A stretch of 64,000 nucleotides of DNA from Eledone cirrhosa (taxonomy: Eukaryota): NCBI GenBank assembly GCA_964016885.1, contig OZ024747.1, positions 1,798,001 to 1,862,000 on the forward strand, read 5' to 3'. A program made the position numbers and the translations under genes. Of the stretch, positions 57,584 to 64,000 are shown in pieces. How positions within the stretch are numbered: position 1 is the first letter of the stretch; every line of letters starts with the position of its first letter. Below the pieces are notes generated by a model. That model was given only the letters and a program-made list of their open reading frames with translations. It searched no databases and was not told the origin of the DNA.

Positions 57584-60500
57584 CGGTGAATTGCCAGTAT
57601 CTGTAGAGGGTCAGACGCCATGCTAGGGCAGTGAATTACCAGTATCTGTAGAGGGTCAGACGCCATGCTAGGGCAGTGAATTACCAGTATCTGTAGAGGG
57701 TCAGATGCCATGCTAGGGCAGTGTATTACCAGTATCTGTAGAGGGTCAGACGCCATGCTAGGGCAGTGAATTACCAGTATCTGTAGAGGGTCAGATGCCA
57801 TGCTAGGGCAGTGTATTACCAGTATCTGTAGAGGGTCGGACGCCATGCTAGGGCAGTGAATTACCTGTATCAGTAGAGGGTCAGACGCCATGCTAGGGCA
57901 GTGACTTACTAGTATCAGTAGAGGGTCAGACGCCATGCTAGGGCAGTGAATTACCAGTATCTGTAGAGGGTCAGACGCCATGCTAGGGCAGTGAATTACC
58001 AGTATCTGTAGAGGGTCAGACGCCATGCTAGGGCAGTGACTTACTAGTATCAGTAGAGGGTCAGACGCCATGCTAGGGCAGTGAATTACCAGTATCTGTA
58101 GAGGGTCAGACGCCATGCTAGGGCAGTGAATTACCAGTATCTGTAGAGGGTCAGACGCCATGCTAGGGCAGTGAATTGCCAGTATCTGTAGAGGGTCAGA
58201 CGCCATGCTAGGGCAGTGAATTGCCAGTATCTGTAGAGGGTCAGATGCCATGCTAGGGCAGTGAATTACCAGTATCTGTAGAGGGTCAGATGCCATGCTA
58301 GGGCAGTGAATTACCAGTATCTGTAGAGGGTCAGACGCCATGCTAGGGCAGTGAATTACCAGTATCTGTAGAGGGTCAGACGCCATGCTAGGGCAGTGAA
58401 TTACCAGTATCTGTAGAGGGTCAGACGCCATGCTAGGGCAGTGAATTACCAGTATCTGTAGAGGGTCAGACGCCATGCTAGGGCAGTGAATTGCCAGTAT
58501 CTGTAGAGGGTCAGATGCCATGTTAGGGCAGTGAATTACCAGTATCTGTAGAGGGTCAGATGCCATGTTAGGGCAGTGAATTACCAGTATCAGTAGAGGG
58601 TCAGACGCCATGCTAGGGCAGTGAATTGCCAGTATCTGTAGAGGGTCAGACGCCATGCTAGGGCAGTGAATTACCAGTATCTGTAGAGGGTCAGACGCCA
58701 TGCTAGGGCAGTGAATTACCAGTATCTGTAGAGGGTCAGACGCCATGCTAGGGCAGTGAATTGCCAGTATCTGTAGAGGGTCAGATGCCATGTTAGGGCA
58801 GTGAATTACCAGTATCTGTAGAGGGTCAGATACCATGTTAGGGCAGTGAATTACCAGTATCTGTAGAGGGTCAGACGCCATGCTAGGGCAGTGAATTGCC
58901 AGTATCTGTAGAGGGTCAGATGCCATGTTAGGGCAGTGAATTACCAGTATCTGTAGAGGGTCAGATGCCATGTTAGGGCAGTGAATTACCAGTATCTGTA
59001 GAGGGTCAGATGCCATGCTAGGGCAGTGAATTACCAGTATCTGTAGAGGGTCAGACGCCATACTAGGGCAGTGAATTACCAGTATCTGTAGAGGGTCAGA
59101 TGCCATGCTAGGGCAGTGAATTACCAGTATCTGTAGAGGGTCAGATGCCATGCTAGGGCAGTGAATTACCAGTATCTGTAGAGGGTCAGATGCCATGCTA
59201 GGGCAGTGAATTACCAGTATCTGTAGAGGGTCAGATGCCATGCTAGGGCAGTGAATTACCAGTATCTGTAGAGGGTCAGATGCCATGCTAGGGCAGTGAA
59301 TTACCAGTATCTGTAGAGGGTCAGATGCCATGCTAGGGCAGTGAATTACCAGTATCTGTAGAGGGTCAGATGCCATGCTAGGGCAGTGAATTACCAGTAT
59401 CTGTAGAGGGTCAGATGCCATGCTAGGGCAGTGAATTACCAGTATCTGTAGAGGGTCAGATGCCATGCTAGGGCAGTGAATTACCAGTATCTGTAGAGGG
59501 TCAGATGCCATGCTAGGGCAGTGAATTACCAGTATCTGTAGAGGGTCAGACGCCATGCTAAGGCAGTGAATTACCAGTATCAGTAGAGGGTCAGATGCCA
59601 TGCTAGGGCAGTGAATTACCAGTATCAGTAGAGGGTCAGATGCCATGCTAGGGCAGTGAATTACCAGTATCAGTAGAGGGTCAGATGCCATGCTAGGGCA
59701 GTGAATTACCAGTATCTGTAGAGGGTCAGATGCCATGCTAAGGCAGTGAATTACCAGTATCAGTAGAGGGTCAGACGCCATGCTAGGGCAGTGAATTACC
59801 AGTATCTGTAGAGGGTCAGATGCCATGCTAGGGCAGTGAATTACCAGTATCTGTAGAGGGTCAGATGCCATGCTAGGGCAGTGAATTACCAGTATCTGTA
59901 GAGGGTCAGATGCCATGCTAGGGCAGTGAATTACCAGTATCAGTAGAGGGTCAGACGCCATGCTAGGGCAGTGAATTACCAGTATCTGTAGAGGGTCAGA
60001 TGCCATGCTAGGGCAGTGAATTACCAGTATCTGTAGAGGGTCAGACGCCATGCTAGGGCAGTGAATTACCAGTATCTGTAGAGGGTCAGATGCCATGCTA
60101 GGGCAGTGAATTACCAGTATCTGTAGAGGGTCAGACGCCATGCTAGGGCAGTGAATTACCAGTATCTGTAGAGGGTCAGATGCCATGCTAGGGCAGTGAA
60201 TTACCAGTATCTGTAGAGGGTCAGATGCCATGCTAGGGCAGTGAATTACCAGTATCTGTAGAGGGTCAGACGCCATGTTAAGGCAGTGAATTACCAGTAT
60301 CAGTAGAGGGTCAGATGCCATGCTAGGGCAGTGAATTACCAGTATCAGTAGAGGGTCAGATGCCATGCTAGGGCAGTGAATTACCAGTATCAGTAGAGGA
60401 TCAGATGCCATGCTAGGGCAGTGAATTACCAGTATCTGTAGAGGGTCAGATGCCATGCTAAGGCAGTGAATTACCAGTATCAGTAGAGGGTCAGACGCCA

Positions 60501-63500
60501 TGCTAGGGCAGTGAATTACCAGTATCTGTAGAGGGTCAGATGCCATGCTAGGGCAGTGAATTACCAGTATCTGTAGAGGGTCAGATGCCATGCTAGGGCA
60601 GTGAATTACCAGTATCTGTAGAGGTTCAGATGCCATGCTAGGGCAGTGAATTACCTGTATCTGTAGAGGGTCAGACGCCATGCTAGGGCAGTGAATTACC
60701 TGTATCTGTAGAGGGTCAGACGCCATGCTAGGGCAGTGAATTACCAGTATCTGTAGAGGGTCAGACGCCATGCTAGGGCAGTGAATTACCAGTATCTGTA
60801 GAGGGTCAGACGCCATGCTAGGGCAGTGAATTACCAGTATCTGTAGAGGGTCAGACGCCATGCTAGGGCAGTGAATTACCAGTATCTGTAGAGGGTCAGA
60901 TGCCATGCTAGGGCAGTGAATTACCAGTATCTGTAGAGGGTCAGATGCCATGCTAGGGCAGTGAATTACCAGTATCAGTAGAGGGTCAGACGCCATGCTA
61001 GGGCAGTGAATTACCTGTATCTGTAGAGGGTCAGACGCCATGCTAGGGCAGTGAATTACCAGTATCTGTAGAGGGTCAGACGCCATGCTAGGGCAGTGAA
61101 TTACCAGTATCTGTAGAGGGTCAGACGCCATGCTAGGGCAGTGAATTACCAGTATCTGTAGAGGGTCAGACGCCATGCTAGGGCAGTGAATTACCTGTAT
61201 CTGTAGAGGGTCAGATGCCATGCTAGGGCAGTGAATTACCAGTATCTGTAGAGGGTCAGACGCCATGCTAGGGCAGTGAATTACCAGTATCTGTAGAGGG
61301 TCAGACGCCATGCTAGGGCAGTGAATTACCAGTATCTGTAGAGGGTCAGACGCCATGCTAGGGCAGTGAATTACCTGTATCTGTAGAGGGTCAGATGCCA
61401 TGCTAGGGCAGTGAATTACCAGTATCTGTAGAGGGTCAGACGCCATGCTAGGGCAGTGAATTACCAGTATCTGTAGAGGGTCAGATGCCATGCTAGGGCA
61501 GTGAATTACCAGTATCTGTAGAGGGTCAGACGCCATGCTAGGGCAGTGAATTACCAGTATCTGTAGAGGGTCAGATGCCATGCTAGGGCAGTGAATTACC
61601 AGTATCTGTAGAGGGTCAGACGCCATGCTAGGGCAGTGAATTACCAGTATCTGTAGAGGGTCAGATGCCATGCTAGGGCAGTGAATTACCAGTATCAGTA
61701 GAGGGTCAGACGCCATGCTAGGGCAGTGAATTACCTGTATCTGTAGAGGGTCAGACGCCATGCTAGGGCAGTGAATTACCAGTATCTGTAGAGGGTCAGA
61801 CGCCATGCTAGGGCAGTGAATTACCAGTATCTGTAGAGGGTCAGACGCCATGCTAGGGCAGTGAATTACCAGTATCTGTAGAGGGTCAGACGCCATGCTA
61901 GGGCAGTGAATTACCTGTATCTGTAGAGGGTCAGATGCCATGCTAGGGCAGTGAATTACCAGTATCTGTAGAGGGTCAGACGCCATGCTAGGGCAGTGAA
62001 TTACCAGTATCTGTAGAGGGTCAGATGCCATGCTAGGGCAGTGAATTACCAGTATCTGTAGAGGGTCAGACGCCATGCTAGGGCAGTGAATTACCAGTAT
62101 CTGTAGAGGGTCAGATGCCATGCTAGGGCAGTGAATTACCAGTATCTGTAGAGGGTCAGACGCCATGCTAGGGCAGTGAATTACCAGTATCTGTAGAGGG
62201 TCAGATGCCATGCTAGGGCAGTGAATTACCAGTATCAGTAGAGGGTCAGACGCCATGCTAGGGCAGTGAATTACCTGTATCTGTAGAGGGTCAGACGCCA
62301 TGCTAGGGCAGTGAATTACCAGTATCTGTAGAGGGTCAGACGCCATGCTAGGGCAGTGAATTACCAGTATCAGTAGAGGGTCAGACGCCATGCTAGGGCA
62401 GTGAATTACCTGTATCTGTAGAGGGTCAGACGCCATGCTAGGGCAGTGAATTACCAGTATCTGTAGAGGGTCAGACGCCATGCTAGGGCAGTGAATTACC
62501 TGTATCTGTAGAGGGTCAGACGCCATGCTAGGGCAGTGAATTACCAGTATCTGTAGAGGGTCAGACGCCATGCTAGGGCAGTGAATTACCAGTATCTGTA
62601 GAGGGTCAGACGCCATGCTAGGGCAGTGAATTACCAGTATCTGTAGAGGGTCAGACGCCATGCTAGGGCAGTGAATTACCTGTATCTGTAGAGGGTCAGA
62701 TGCCATGCTAGGGCAGTGAATTACCAGTATCTGTAGAGGGTCAGACGCCATGCTAGGGCAGTGAATTACCAGTATCTGTAGAGGGTCAGATGCCATGCTA
62801 GGGCAGTGAATTACCAGTATCTGTAGAGGGTCAGACGCCATGCTAGGGCAGTGAATTACCAGTATCTGTAGAGGGTCAGATGCCATGCTAGGGCAGTGAA
62901 TTACCAGTATCTGTAGAGGGTCAGATGCCATGCTAGGGCAGTGAATTACCAGTATCTGTAGAGGGTCAGATGCCATGCTAGGGCAGTGAATTACCAGTAT
63001 CTGTAGAGGGTCAGATGCCATGCTAGGGCAGTGAATTACCAGTATCTGTAGAGGGTCAGATGCCATGCTAAGGCAGTGAATTACCAGTATCTGTAGAGGG
63101 TCAGACGCCATGCTAGGGCAGTGAATTACCAGTATCTGTAGAGGGTCAGATGCCATGCTAGGGCAGTGAATTACCAGTATCTGTAGAGGGTCAGATGCCA
63201 TGCTAGGGCAGTGAATTACCAGTATCTGTAGAGGGTCAGACGCCATGCTAGGGCAGTGAATTACCAGTATCTGTAGAGGGTCAGACGCCATGCTAGGGCA
63301 GTGAATTACCAGTATCTGTAGAGGGTCAGACGCCATGCTAGGGCAGTGAATTACCAGTATCTGTAGAGGGTCAGACGCCATGCTAGGGCAGTGAATTACC
63401 AGTATCTGTAGAGGGTCAGATGCCATGCTAGGGCAGTGAATTACCAGTATCTGTAGAGGGTCAGACGCCATGCTAGGGCAGTGAATTACCAGTATCTGTA

Positions 63501-64000
63501 GAGGGTCAGACGCCATGCTAGGGCAGTGAATTACCAGTATCTGTAGAGGGTCAGATGCCATGCTAGGGCAGTGAATTACCAGTATCTGTAGAGGGTCAGA
63601 CGCCATGCTAGGGCAGTGAATTACCAGTATCTGTAGAGGGTCAGATGCCATGCTAGGGCAGTGAATTACCAGTATCTGTAGAGGGTCAGATGCCATGCTA
63701 GGGCAGTGAATTACCAGTATCTGTAGAGGGTCAGACGCCATGCTAGGGCAGTGAATTACCAGTATCTGTAGAGGGTCAGATGCCATGCTAGGGCAGTGAA
63801 TTACCAGTATCTGTAGAGGGTCAGACGCCATGCTAGGGCAGTGAATTACCAGTATCTGTAGAGGGTCAGATGCCATGCTAGGGCAGTGAATTACCAGTAT
63901 CTGTAGAGGGTCAGATGCCATGCTAGGGCAGTGAATTACCAGTATCTGTAGAGGGTCAGATGCCATGCTAGGGCAGTGAATTACCAGTATCTGTAGAGGG
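57584..64000 (+). repeat. 45-bp tandem satellite (GGCAGTGAATTACCAGTATCTGTAGAGGGTCAGAYGCCATGCTAG), ~142 units, truncated by the window end
   Basis: Read directly. The unit matches the SINE family 1 head (333-375) at 38/43 nt. Confidence 0.98.

Noticed and set aside
57526-63966. 2146-aa ORF of (MASDPLQILVIHCPS)n
   Set aside because: A 45-bp unit without a stop in one frame gives an ORF automatically. The unit derives from a SINE head, and no unique coding flank or splice context supports it.
57584-64000. CRISPR-like array
   Set aside because: There are no unique spacers, only head-to-tail repeats, in eukaryotic DNA with no cas genes.

Overview
AT-rich, repeat-dominated animal DNA. The SINE, RTE and (TA)n landscape resembles an octopus/cephalopod genome, but this is inference. 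I found no intact protein-coding gene. All long ORFs in the track are artefacts of micro- and minisatellites. There is one candidate minus-strand terminal exon at about 5.3 kb. Contents: two tRNA-derived SINE families; decayed RTE-clade LINE fragments; three fragments of a CRE-like restriction-like-endonuclease (RLE) LINE; a decayed mariner transposase; a ~12 kb (TA/CA) array; several minisatellites; and a 45-bp satellite over 6.4 kb long that runs off the window end. Four observations stand out. (1) Several unrelated families of short non-coding elements sit inside (TA)n tracts and share one architecture: a terminal segment with a tail plus an inverted tail-less copy. Several carry hammerhead-ribozyme cores, one with all stems identifiable (34292-34336, minus), as expected for Penelope-like pseudo-LTR remnants. 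(2) The 45-bp satellite unit is the amplified 5' head of the local SINE. (3) An 18-bp minisatellite grew out of the PHPPYSPDL motif of a mariner transposase. (4) Two RTE fragments 41 kb apart and in opposite orientation abut almost exactly, suggesting an inversion through one element.
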